This document shows positions 50,778 to 59,200 of a stretch of 64,000 nucleotides of DNA, piece by piece. The position numbers and the translations under genes are program-made. Location: IMG/VR virus record IMGVR_UViG_3300044634_002252, positions 26,140 through 90,139 of that record, one strand, 5' to 3'. The stretch comes from a virus. Below the pieces are notes generated by a model. The model worked only from the letters and a program-made list of their open reading frames with translations, was not told where the DNA came from and ran no database searches. Every line of letters starts with the position of its first letter. Within the stretch, counting starts at the first letter, position 1.

Positions 50778-51401
50778 TTAGCTTGCTGGGATTGTGCGGT
50801 CCACGATCTTTCCGTATGACGCTGCGTCATTTGGAAGTAAACGGAACGAAACTTCAAACATTGTTGCTTCGTCACGCTTAGCGCCTACAGTAACACTTTC
50901 AATAGAAAGTGCACGGTAAGCAACGTAAATACGTTCAATCTGGTCAGATGCTGCACAGTCACCAGTTCCTGGGCCAACAGCAACTAGACCACGCTCTACT
51001 GGACACTCTCCAATGTCACCTGCGGACAGGTTCATTGTTGGGTTTCCAGCAACAGTAGTTAGATCATCATCCTTTGCAGCAAGTGCAAATAGAAGGTTCT
51101 CTAGTGTAGCTTCAGCAAATGCAGTATTCAGGTTAACCTGCATACCCTGCTTGTATAGTTTAGCAACGTCTAGAACCTGGTCAACCTGTACTTCTCCGAA
51201 GTCAGGCTGGAATACGATTTCAAGACCATTCATTGTGTAACCAACGTTACGGTAGTCAGCATCGTCAGACAAGGTTGTCTTGTACGATACGTCCTCTGTA
51301 TAAGCTGGTAGATCACCGTCTGTCAAAAGACCGTTTTCGTAAGTAAATAGAGCAGCTGCACCAACAATAATTTGTGAGCTATTACCACGTGTATATGCCA
51401 T
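50778..51401 (-). CDS. Major tail protein
   Basis: IIVGAAALF, VGYTMNG, EVQVDQ, FAEATLENL; own promoter (TGgTACAAT 51458-51466) and terminator. Confidence 0.85.
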   Translation of the reverse strand: MAYTRGNSSQIIVGAAALFTYENGLLTDGDLPAYTEDVSYKTTLSDDADYRNVGYTMNGLEIVFQPDFGEVQVDQVLDVAKLYKQGMQVNLNTAFAEATLENLLFALAAKDDDLTTVAGNPTMNLSAGDIGECPVERGLVAVGPGTGDCAASDQIERIYVAYRALSIESVTVGAKRDEATMFEVSFRLLPNDAASYGKIVDRTIPAS

Positions 51402-51471
51402 AATTTTTCACCTCTTTTTCATTTTATGGATAAGAGGGCTTTGTTTCCTCAAGACCAATTGTACCACGCTT

Positions 51472-52047
51472 TTATATAAGAGTATTATTGTAGGATACGT
51501 TTCCTGGCGCATATCCCTTGGTGTGGTAGCAGTAATCTATAATTATCTTGTTACCAGCATAGGTTCTGGCAGTTCCAAAGTCTATAATATCCCTAGTCTC
51601 CTCTAGCTGATATATCTTGATGTCATGGAAGTATACTGGCAGGAACTCTCCCTTATATAGGCCTGTTGCTGGATTGTAGTCTGGACTGGACATAATCCAA
51701 TTATTAAGATCTTCTGCAGACTCGTCCCCTCGATCCAGGAGATCCTGAACAGCCTGAGTTGCAAAAATAAGAGCTTCAGAATCGCTGTGCATTTTGTAGA
51801 AATAGTAAAGGAGTTGTTCATCTTTGATGTGTGGAAAAGCCCTTCTCCTCATCTTGAACATTCTATCGTATACAGCAAATACGTCCGCAGATGCATCTGG
51901 GAAGTTTTCTGTTAAGGCTTGCAGGTCTGTTGGGGCTGTCGGAAAAAATCTCATTAGATTAGCATTAAATCTTTCTGGACCAAGAATCTCTGGTATTTTT
52001 GAAGAGAGATAATCATTAATAAATATTGGTGGGTATGACATTGCCAT
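51472..52047 (-). CDS. Probable tail terminator/completion protein
   Basis: Immediately upstream of the major tail gene. Confidence 0.5.
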   Translation of the reverse strand: MAMSYPPIFINDYLSSKIPEILGPERFNANLMRFFPTAPTDLQALTENFPDASADVFAVYDRMFKMRRRAFPHIKDEQLLYYFYKMHSDSEALIFATQAVQDLLDRGDESAEDLNNWIMSSPDYNPATGLYKGEFLPVYFHDIKIYQLEETRDIIDFGTARTYAGNKIIIDYCYHTKGYAPGNVSYNNTLI

Positions 52048-52715
52048 TATAGAACACCAGCCTTTTTAATCCAATTCAAACCGACAGCAATTCCTCGTGA
52101 TCTACCGCCACGCTTTGCTGAGCTAAAGTTAGTCTTAAAGTCTACTGGGTTACGAAGATAGTTTGCAATTCCAGTTGATTCCAAAAACGACTGTCTAAAG
52201 TATCTACTAAAGAATGAGTCAAACACTTTCTGATATTCTCCCTGAACTGGGCCTCCTGGATTTTCTACCCTAACTGGAGAAGATGTAAAAACCTCTTCTC
52301 CGTCAACCTCAAAGGCTAGTACAGATTGTTTTGGAACTATTGTAACTGGAATTCCGTTTTCCATAATTTCTGCTTTATTATAAAAAGGAACGGTAGAGCC
52401 ATTCTTTATACTTCTAGACTGTCTAAACGTAGAGTTAAAGGATAAGCCATTGCCCTTAACGACATAGCTCAAACTAAATAATCTTGAATCTGGAGATCCA
52501 GCTTGATCCCACTCATACATATGATGAAGAAGCTGTGGGTTTACTCTTGCATTTGAGTCTATGTATTGCTTTAGTGCAGACAAGGAAGTTTCTCCAAAAG
52601 ACTTTAAGAATGAAGGAAGTCCTCTCTTTACGCCGTCAAGAAATCCGAATGTGTATTCAACCATGTTGTCCATGTCTCGCATAAAACTTTTAGTATTAAT
52701 TTTTAAACCAATCAT
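52047..52715 (-). CDS. Neck/tail-completion protein (HK97 gp10-like position)
   Basis: KAEIMENG motif; synteny. Confidence 0.5.
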   Translation of the reverse strand: MIGLKINTKSFMRDMDNMVEYTFGFLDGVKRGLPSFLKSFGETSLSALKQYIDSNARVNPQLLHHMYEWDQAGSPDSRLFSLSYVVKGNGLSFNSTFRQSRSIKNGSTVPFYNKAEIMENGIPVTIVPKQSVLAFEVDGEEVFTSSPVRVENPGGPVQGEYQKVFDSFFSRYFRQSFLESTGIANYLRNPVDFKTNFSSAKRGGRSRGIAVGLNWIKKAGVL

Positions 52716-53164
52716 TAGACATCAGCCCCCTGATTTTCTGATCTTCTAATAACAATTTTATAGTATTCCATATTTCCAAAAGGACCAATAAATGGTTGGT
52801 TTGTTGCTATTTCAAATATAGTTGATTTCCCTTTTCGGGGACCAGAAGTTTCAGTATAAAGATGATTACAGTTTTTGTCACGTATGTTTGTGATAATTAC
52901 GTTAGTCATTGCATTTTCAGATTGTCTGCTTGAGATTCTAAGGTCTTCTTTAGCTCTACCCATAAGTATATTGTCTTGTGTTATGTCTACGTTTGGCTTA
53001 AGTTCTTCTTTCCAAGCTGTGCCAGCTGTATTAAAGCTGCATGCAATAGTCCTGTCTAAAATCCAACTTTTCTTAACATTGCCTAAAGCTGTTTGCTCTA
53101 CGATAGGGTAAAAGATGTCTGCTTCCATTGGGAACGTGAAATCTGTTTTGTCTCCACATGCCAT
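52715..53164 (-). CDS. Head-closure (stopper) protein
   Basis: Size and synteny in the head-tail block. Confidence 0.5.
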   Translation of the reverse strand: MACGDKTDFTFPMEADIFYPIVEQTALGNVKKSWILDRTIACSFNTAGTAWKEELKPNVDITQDNILMGRAKEDLRISSRQSENAMTNVIITNIRDKNCNHLYTETSGPRKGKSTIFEIATNQPFIGPFGNMEYYKIVIRRSENQGADV

Positions 53165-54042
53165 TAAAAGACTCCTAATGACTTAATGGGCTTCTGATAC
53201 TTAGAAAGTATCTTATCCACTAAAATGTTCCCCGTCCCGTCAAACACTCCTGCATCAAATTTAATCTTAAACTGGTCGGTGCTGTAGTCAGCAATATACC
53301 TCTTGTAGTAGTCTAGTTTTCCGCACTCAATATCATCTATTAGAAGTTCTGTTGCCCTGACAATCTCTGATGGAATTTTTGCATAGCCAAATTCTCCAAC
53401 AACAAAGTAGTCATAGCCCCTTGGGAATCCTCTGAAAAAATAGTTAAGATCTAACATATCTGTAGCAGCGGCAGGAAGGATATTTGGGGCTGACTCACTT
53501 CTATTAAAGGTATCAACTATGGTCTCTTGTATACCTATTTTATTTTTGTCTAGCTCATACTTAACTGTATAAATATCTGGATCTGAGGAGTCAAATACTA
53601 ATACGTTATTTTCGTAAAGCTTTAATAGCTTCTTGATGCTGTCCCAAATCGGCAAAATGTCTGCCCCTAGCCCCACAGTAGAATAAACTTTCTTTTTATA
53701 ATAAAAACCATCGTCAACAACTGAGTCAATTATTGCTCTAGCTAGTTCTTCATTTCTTGCATACTTCTCTATTTCTGTGGCAGTTTCACCTTTAGTATTG
53801 GGATCTACGTATGGCCTGACCACGTCAACAATATACTCTTCGTCATCGATAGAAATTGTGTAAGTGTTGTCATACTTGGATGGTAAAGATATTGTCACGT
53901 TTGATGCAGAGTTTGAAGTGACAGTTTCAGAAGTAATTGAGGAGTCCGCCATATCTAAGATGGTATATTCATACTCAGTTCCAGGGGAACTAACAGAAAC
54001 TACAACATCAGTATTATATGGCGGGACCCTCAAAATTTGCAT
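53164..54042 (-). CDS. Head-to-tail adaptor
   Basis: ARAIID, FGY..IP.EI..AT, TGN..VD.IL..Y. Confidence 0.7.
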   Translation of the reverse strand: MQILRVPPYNTDVVVSVSSPGTEYEYTILDMADSSITSETVTSNSASNVTISLPSKYDNTYTISIDDEEYIVDVVRPYVDPNTKGETATEIEKYARNEELARAIIDSVVDDGFYYKKKVYSTVGLGADILPIWDSIKKLLKLYENNVLVFDSSDPDIYTVKYELDKNKIGIQETIVDTFNRSESAPNILPAAATDMLDLNYFFRGFPRGYDYFVVGEFGYAKIPSEIVRATELLIDDIECGKLDYYKRYIADYSTDQFKIKFDAGVFDGTGNILVDKILSKYQKPIKSLGVF

Positions 54043-54516
54043 TTACTTGCCAAACTCCCTTGCAACCTCTTCTGGAGTTGCAGTTCTTGTGTGATCACGA
54101 GTGAGCCACATCTTGGCCTGGTCGGGGGTTACAAGATTGTATCCCTTATAAACCTTACCTACAGGCCCCCAAGTTACGTTCTTTGTAGAGTGAATCGCAA
54201 CCTTTTCAACCTTTGGCTTGCTCTTTGGATCTGCTGGCTTTGGGCTTTTTGCAACCCTTCCTGCGCCAATGACCCCGTTAGCTACGGCAGTAATTGAAGA
54301 GACGGTACTGTCTCCTATGTTCTGCCTCTTGTTTGTAATTACATTCTCTGCTACTGGCTCGTCTACTGACACCTTTGCAGAATTCTGAACTTCTTCAATT
54401 ACGGCTTTAAACTGCTCAGCGCTTTCTTTTGAAATTACTGGCTCTCCATCTTCAAGCTTTGCTGGCAACACTTCTTGCTGCTCTAAAGCATCTTCATTAT
54501 TAATTTCTTCAGACAT
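54043..54516 (-). CDS. Hypothetical head-associated protein
   Basis: Follows capsid; AAGGAG SD; TGtTATAAT at 54543-54551. Confidence 0.6.
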   Translation of the reverse strand: MSEEINNEDALEQQEVLPAKLEDGEPVISKESAEQFKAVIEEVQNSAKVSVDEPVAENVITNKRQNIGDSTVSSITAVANGVIGAGRVAKSPKPADPKSKPKVEKVAIHSTKNVTWGPVGKVYKGYNLVTPDQAKMWLTRDHTRTATPEEVAREFGK

Positions 54517-54559
54517 GAAAGTCTCCTTTTCTTGTTAACTTAATTATAACAGATTAATG

Positions 54560-54593
54560 AATAAAGGGGCAGGAGCTAATGCCCCTGCCCCCT
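54560..54593 (-). terminator. Intrinsic terminator after the major capsid gene
   Basis: GGGGCAGGGGC-ATTA-GCTCCTGCCCC-TTTATT. Confidence 0.8.
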
Positions 54594-54610
54594 CAATTTT
54601 TTGCTACAGT

Positions 54611-55750
54611 TTAGCTGTCAGCAGCGGCGTCAGCGAACGCAATGGCGTCCTCTTCTTCCCACTGTAGACCAAAGCGGACGAACACTGTATATTCAATGGT
54701 GTCCTTCTTTGGCTGGTACTGACGGTTAACGGTGATGTCTCTCTGGAATCCCCACACACGGTTCTGTGGGAATGTAAGGTCTACATAACCATCTGGGTAG
54801 TAAGGAACTTCCTGTACGTCAATTCCTAGAACACGGGTAGTGCGAGCACCACCAAATGTCTGGCCCTGTCCATCAAGGTAGCTCTGGGTATTAGCCTGAG
54901 TGTTACCATTCTTTCCAAGTGCCTCAGCAATTGCGTCAGATAGTGTACCGTTGTTCTTAACGATACCCTGGAATGCATCGGTACCTGCGTAGAACTTCAA
55001 GTTAGACTTGATTGCACGGTACTTACGTGGCATTGCCAAGATAAGCTGCTGCATAACCTCTGGAGTCCATGCATTGTCAGCTACTGTTACAACAGCCTCG
55101 TGTGCATCTCCAGTCTTTGCCTTGTTGACAAAGCCGTCCATAATGTTAAGGAATGGGTTTGAACCCGCTCCTGTACCATTGATGGCTAGATCTTCGATGT
55201 CATTTGCAAAAGCATTTGTCATCAAACGAACTAGGTGGTCCTCTAGTGCAGCCCCCTCAATACCATCTTCGAGAGCCTCTGCTGAGACTTCCCAGTCAAG
55301 ACGAATCTTCTTGGTTGTTAGCTCTACCTTTGAGAACTGAGCGCCAGCGTTTGTGTAGTCTCCTACAGCCTGAGCTGCAGCACGGATTACACGCTCTCCA
55401 ACGTTTACCTTCTCTAGTTCCATGGTGTTGGCTCGCATAGTTACACGACGACCATCCTTGGCGAGTACAGTTGCATCCCATACGTAGTCGATAAAACGAC
55501 GTGCCTGTTCAGGGCGTAGAATACCACTGCCTGCATCACCCGAAGGATTTACAGCATTTGGTCCAGTAGTTAGACCATATTCAGCGTTGGGGATGTTGCC
55601 TAGTACGCCACCATCTCCATAATTACCAGGGATATTCTCCCCAGCATCTGAGCCAGAGGCAAAAGCACCCTGACCCTGGAAGGTTCCAGGAGTTGTTCCT
55701 CCTAGTTCACCAGTTTGACCTGGCTGATTTTTAATAATCTCTTCCGACAT
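54611..55750 (-). CDS. Major capsid protein (HK97 fold)
   Basis: GILRPEQARRFID, VSAEALED, DIEDLAING; start moved to ATG 55750 (GGAGGTG SD). Confidence 0.9.
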   Translation of the reverse strand: MSEEIIKNQPGQTGELGGTTPGTFQGQGAFASGSDAGENIPGNYGDGGVLGNIPNAEYGLTTGPNAVNPSGDAGSGILRPEQARRFIDYVWDATVLAKDGRRVTMRANTMELEKVNVGERVIRAAAQAVGDYTNAGAQFSKVELTTKKIRLDWEVSAEALEDGIEGAALEDHLVRLMTNAFANDIEDLAINGTGAGSNPFLNIMDGFVNKAKTGDAHEAVVTVADNAWTPEVMQQLILAMPRKYRAIKSNLKFYAGTDAFQGIVKNNGTLSDAIAEALGKNGNTQANTQSYLDGQGQTFGGARTTRVLGIDVQEVPYYPDGYVDLTFPQNRVWGFQRDITVNRQYQPKKDTIEYTVFVRFGLQWEEEDAIAFADAAADS

Positions 55751-55775
55751 ATTGTCACCTCCTAAGTGATTGTGT

Positions 55776-57122
55776 TTATTTGAATAAATCGGCAGTTTTG
55801 AGGAAACGTCCGCCCCATAGGGATTTTTCAACCTTTTCTGGTTGAAACTGTACGACCTCGCCGAGATCGCCAGACTTGCGAAAAGCGGTATCTGCCTCAA
55901 CGGCGTCAACTCGCTTTCCAAAATTATCAAACTCTGATTTTGCAGAACCAAGCTCGCCCTTTACAGAGGAAAGCTCGCTCTTGACAAGACCAAGAGACTT
56001 GTTTAGTTCCGATACCTGTTCGTGCAAAGACTTTACAGTTTCGGCTAGATCGCTAAAGGCTGATGTTAGAGTACTCTGGATTTCAGTTACTGCGTTAACA
56101 ATTACTTCATCCGACTTAGATACCTCATCGACTTCTGGTGCAGACTCTGACTTCATTTCGTCTTCTGACTTCATTTCGTCTTCATCCATATCTGCAGACT
56201 TCATTTCTTCCTCATCCATAGATTTCTCTTCGGATTTGGCATCTTCGTTGTCCATGGACTTTTCTACTGCATCGTTAGTTGTGGCATCTGCCTCTGGAGC
56301 GACCTGTGTTTCTTCAACTACCTCATCGTTTTTTTCAACGATGTCTTCAGTTGTTTCATTCATAGGATTTCCCTCCTTGTTAATCTTAGAAGTATTAATG
56401 CCTTTAGCACTATCAACTAAGAACTTTATCATTTCTGTTTTTTCGCTGTCGTTTTTTTCAACGAAACCTATATTTTTCATTAGTGACCCATCTATTGGAC
56501 TTTCTTCAGACTCTTCAGATGAGACCTTTACGATTCCGTTTGACCTATCCCAAAAAACGTTTTCAAATTCTACGTCAAGGTTCTCGCCCTTAATCATGTC
56601 TACCCCGTCCACCTTTTCAATAGAAAGTATATTTGCAAACTGGTTGGCTGGATTATCTACAAGAGAAAGCTCTACAAGGTCATAGTCTTTAATGATTCTG
56701 ATTGACTTATCAATTGACTCATCATATCCATCATCCCACTTATTCATCTTGCCACCGATAGAAAATCCAGAAAGGGTTCCGTCCAGAACCTTTTCCCAAG
56801 TATTCTGAGCACCCTTAGAAATGTATGCAGAAACAAAAACTCCAGAATAGAATTTTTTAGTGTCTGCGTCAAAGAACTTTTCTTCTTTAAAGTTAACCAT
56901 CTTGCCAACAGATAGTGGCTGGTGCATCTCACGGATGTTGCCACGGAATTTCTTAAAAGCTTTTACACTAGCTTCTGTAGTAACTATGTCTGCCTGCTTG
57001 TCAACATTGTCAAGTGTGGCAAATCCTGAAACGATCCTTCGTTCCTGGTCAACCTTACTAAATGGCATAGACAGTCTTACACTGTCGCCATCCATATCCC
57101 ATTGCGCTTTTGACATAGTCAT
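55776..57122 (-). CDS. HK97-type prohead protease fused to scaffold
   Basis: VSGFA, IREMH, GFSIGG, ELSLVDNPAN; acidic/coiled-coil C-half. Confidence 0.9.
   Translation of the reverse strand: MTMSKAQWDMDGDSVRLSMPFSKVDQERRIVSGFATLDNVDKQADIVTTEASVKAFKKFRGNIREMHQPLSVGKMVNFKEEKFFDADTKKFYSGVFVSAYISKGAQNTWEKVLDGTLSGFSIGGKMNKWDDGYDESIDKSIRIIKDYDLVELSLVDNPANQFANILSIEKVDGVDMIKGENLDVEFENVFWDRSNGIVKVSSEESEESPIDGSLMKNIGFVEKNDSEKTEMIKFLVDSAKGINTSKINKEGNPMNETTEDIVEKNDEVVEETQVAPEADATTNDAVEKSMDNEDAKSEEKSMDEEEMKSADMDEDEMKSEDEMKSESAPEVDEVSKSDEVIVNAVTEIQSTLTSAFSDLAETVKSLHEQVSELNKSLGLVKSELSSVKGELGSAKSEFDNFGKRVDAVEADTAFRKSGDLGEVVQFQPEKVEKSLWGGRFLKTADLFK
56146..56220. repeat. Short tandem coding repeats in the scaffold (E-D-E-M-K-S units)
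   Basis: Exact 18-nt tandem TCTGACTTCATTTCGTCT x2 (56146-56181) plus a degenerate third copy. Confidence 0.8.
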
Positions 57123-57169
57123 TCTATTCTAATTATATCGCTTTTTTATCAAATTATAGATAAAGGACC

Positions 57170-57178
57170 ATTATATCA
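57170..57178 (-). promoter_or_regulatory. Extended -10 promoter for the protease/capsid transcript (second TATAAT at 57132-57137)
   Basis: TGaTATAAT in the portal-protease gap. Confidence 0.6.
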
Positions 57179-57182
57179 GATA

Positions 57183-58811
57183 TTATTCTGAAGATCGGCC
57201 TTCTCCTTGAGCATTTCTACCTGATATGGTAGCCGTACTGTCGGACTGGTTATTTGTTCTCTCGGTGTCCCTTTGTCTGTTGCCAGCTAGGTTGGACCTA
57301 GAATCTGCAGCCTGTCTTGTAGACATCTCAAATGGCTCATCTCCGTCTGGCCTTTGTGGCAAGCCAAGAACTTCTCTGGCCTCATTTGGAACCATAATCT
57401 GAGTCTTAACATAACGCTCTAGAATCTGTGACTGAGCAATTTCATCAGTGAGGGTAAGCTCATTAAATCTTAGCTCAAGGACGTCTGTCTTTTCCTTAAC
57501 AATTCTATTTACAAGCTTCTCAATAGTCCTCTGTAGAGGTCTAGCGACCTGCTCCTTAAAGGTACGGTCCTGAGATAGCGAAGATGCAATACTTGATGAG
57601 TCGGATCCACCTATCTTTGACAAAGGAACCTGATGCGCAACAAGGATGTCGTCACGATTACGCAATCGGTACTCATTAAACGAAGCCTCTTGAACATTAT
57701 TCTCAACTGGCTTCATTTCAAACTCAACCTTGTTTTGATCTGTGTCGCCTGGAAGTGGAATGTAAAGGGTTCTATGAGACTGCCCTTTTAAGTTTGTTTG
57801 CATAAATCTGAACAGCTTGTCTTCAGCCTCTGAAGAAAGCTTGGCGCCCTTAAGAGTAAAGATGTACCTAGGAACTGCCTTATTGCTAAAGTAGTCTATA
57901 TTGTACTGTGATGCCAGCTGGTCACCATGTAATGAAGATACAGCAGACATAATGTCTGGTATACCGTAGTAAGTGTTTAGCGGAGAGTACTGCTTAAAAT
58001 GAATAATTTCATTTGGACGTGGGTCCTCAGTAATAGGATTTATGTTTGTAGCTTCAAAATTTCTAAAGTAAACTACTTTGTTTCCAATAATCTGAACATA
58101 TCCATCCTTTAGTCTACGAACACGCATAGTTGTTGCAGGGATGTGACCAATATATCCGATTTCTCCACGTGTAGTTCTTCCAATTTCTAAATAGCCATTT
58201 CCAGTAGACTCGTAGTCAGTCAGAACCTTCATCATTATATTAGTAAAAGCTTCTTCATCATTAAGATTTTCTAACCAGTCACGCATTTCCATCTTTATTC
58301 TTTCGATGCGCTTTCTTGCCTTTTCTCTTGCTGAATCATTTTCGTTAGACTCTAGCATCATAAGCGTTCTATCGGAAACATGGAAGTCGTATCCTAGGCC
58401 TACTGTATTTTGTACTTTTGCGTCAATCGATGCATGGTTTGCAAATGACGTGTCATAAAAATTAGCTAACTCATAAAGATTCCATGGCGGAGTAATGACA
58501 TCAAACATACCGTAGCCATTACGATAAACAGTCCCTGGGTTTATTTCTTTTGAGGTTGCACCGTTCATACCAGAATTAATTGCAAGAGCGCTATCTAGAT
58601 AAACTGGATTTGAGGTATCTAAGTTTTTTGGAACTTGAACATCGTAGGCCTTTGACATTCTGTCTGTTCTACGTTTAAAGTTTTTCTCTAGGCCAGTCAG
58701 ACCCTTTAGATCATTCCAGGTCTTGTTAAAAGGATCTTGAGCCTTAAAGTCATCTTGAGCTATTTCTGACTCTGGCAAGCCCAAATCTCTAATATAGTAG
58801 TCTTCAGACAT
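57183..58811 (-). CDS. Portal protein
   Basis: DYESTGNGYLE, EIIHFK..SP...YYGIP, YFSNKAVP, PNEAR..LGLP. Confidence 0.92.
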   Translation of the reverse strand: MSEDYYIRDLGLPESEIAQDDFKAQDPFNKTWNDLKGLTGLEKNFKRRTDRMSKAYDVQVPKNLDTSNPVYLDSALAINSGMNGATSKEINPGTVYRNGYGMFDVITPPWNLYELANFYDTSFANHASIDAKVQNTVGLGYDFHVSDRTLMMLESNENDSAREKARKRIERIKMEMRDWLENLNDEEAFTNIMMKVLTDYESTGNGYLEIGRTTRGEIGYIGHIPATTMRVRRLKDGYVQIIGNKVVYFRNFEATNINPITEDPRPNEIIHFKQYSPLNTYYGIPDIMSAVSSLHGDQLASQYNIDYFSNKAVPRYIFTLKGAKLSSEAEDKLFRFMQTNLKGQSHRTLYIPLPGDTDQNKVEFEMKPVENNVQEASFNEYRLRNRDDILVAHQVPLSKIGGSDSSSIASSLSQDRTFKEQVARPLQRTIEKLVNRIVKEKTDVLELRFNELTLTDEIAQSQILERYVKTQIMVPNEAREVLGLPQRPDGDEPFEMSTRQAADSRSNLAGNRQRDTERTNNQSDSTATISGRNAQGEGRSSE

Positions 58812-59182
58812 TATTCTTCATCCCCATACATCTCTAATGTTTTCTTTGCAGCCATTACAGCACCAATATCGTTAAGTGATGGAATAAGGCCTTGCTTCAT
58901 ACGATCAATTTGTTCTGAATGCTCTTCTTCGCTAATTCTTGCGGTCCCTGGGAAAAATACTGGAGAGCCATCTGCTTCGCCATAGTGGGCTGCAGTCTGC
59001 TTTAACTTTGCAATTTGATTTTCATCGCCCTTGTTAGCTGGAACATTAAGGACATTGCCGTTACCATCAGTAAACCATTTGCCGTTAGACTTTTTCCAAA
59101 CATATACGCCCCAGGCATAACCGCTGGGCTCTACTAAAGTGACTCTTGCTTTGCCAAGAGCTTCTGCAAATTTATCTTTCAT
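58811..59182 (-). CDS. Hypothetical protein upstream of portal, leaderless
   Basis: TGgTATACT (59190-59198) lies 7 nt before ATG 59182. Confidence 0.65.
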   Translation of the reverse strand: MKDKFAEALGKARVTLVEPSGYAWGVYVWKKSNGKWFTDGNGNVLNVPANKGDENQIAKLKQTAAHYGEADGSPVFFPGTARISEEEHSEQIDRMKQGLIPSLNDIGAVMAAKKTLEMYGDEE

Positions 59183-59200
59183 GACCACAAGTATACCACA

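Noticed and set aside
51443-55808. 10-nt complementarity (TTGAGGAAAC/GTTTCCTCAA) between the tail leader and the scaffold 3' end
   Set aside because: Plausible by chance in 64 kb, and a terminator separates the two sites.
55751-55951. 67-aa N-terminal extension of the capsid in the ORF track
   Set aside because: Overlaps the scaffold gene; a strong SD supports ATG 55750.
55876-56685. 269-aa plus-strand Ser-rich ORF and the other short plus-strand ORFs over long genes
   Set aside because: Antisense shadows of codon-biased minus-strand genes, with no SD or motifs.
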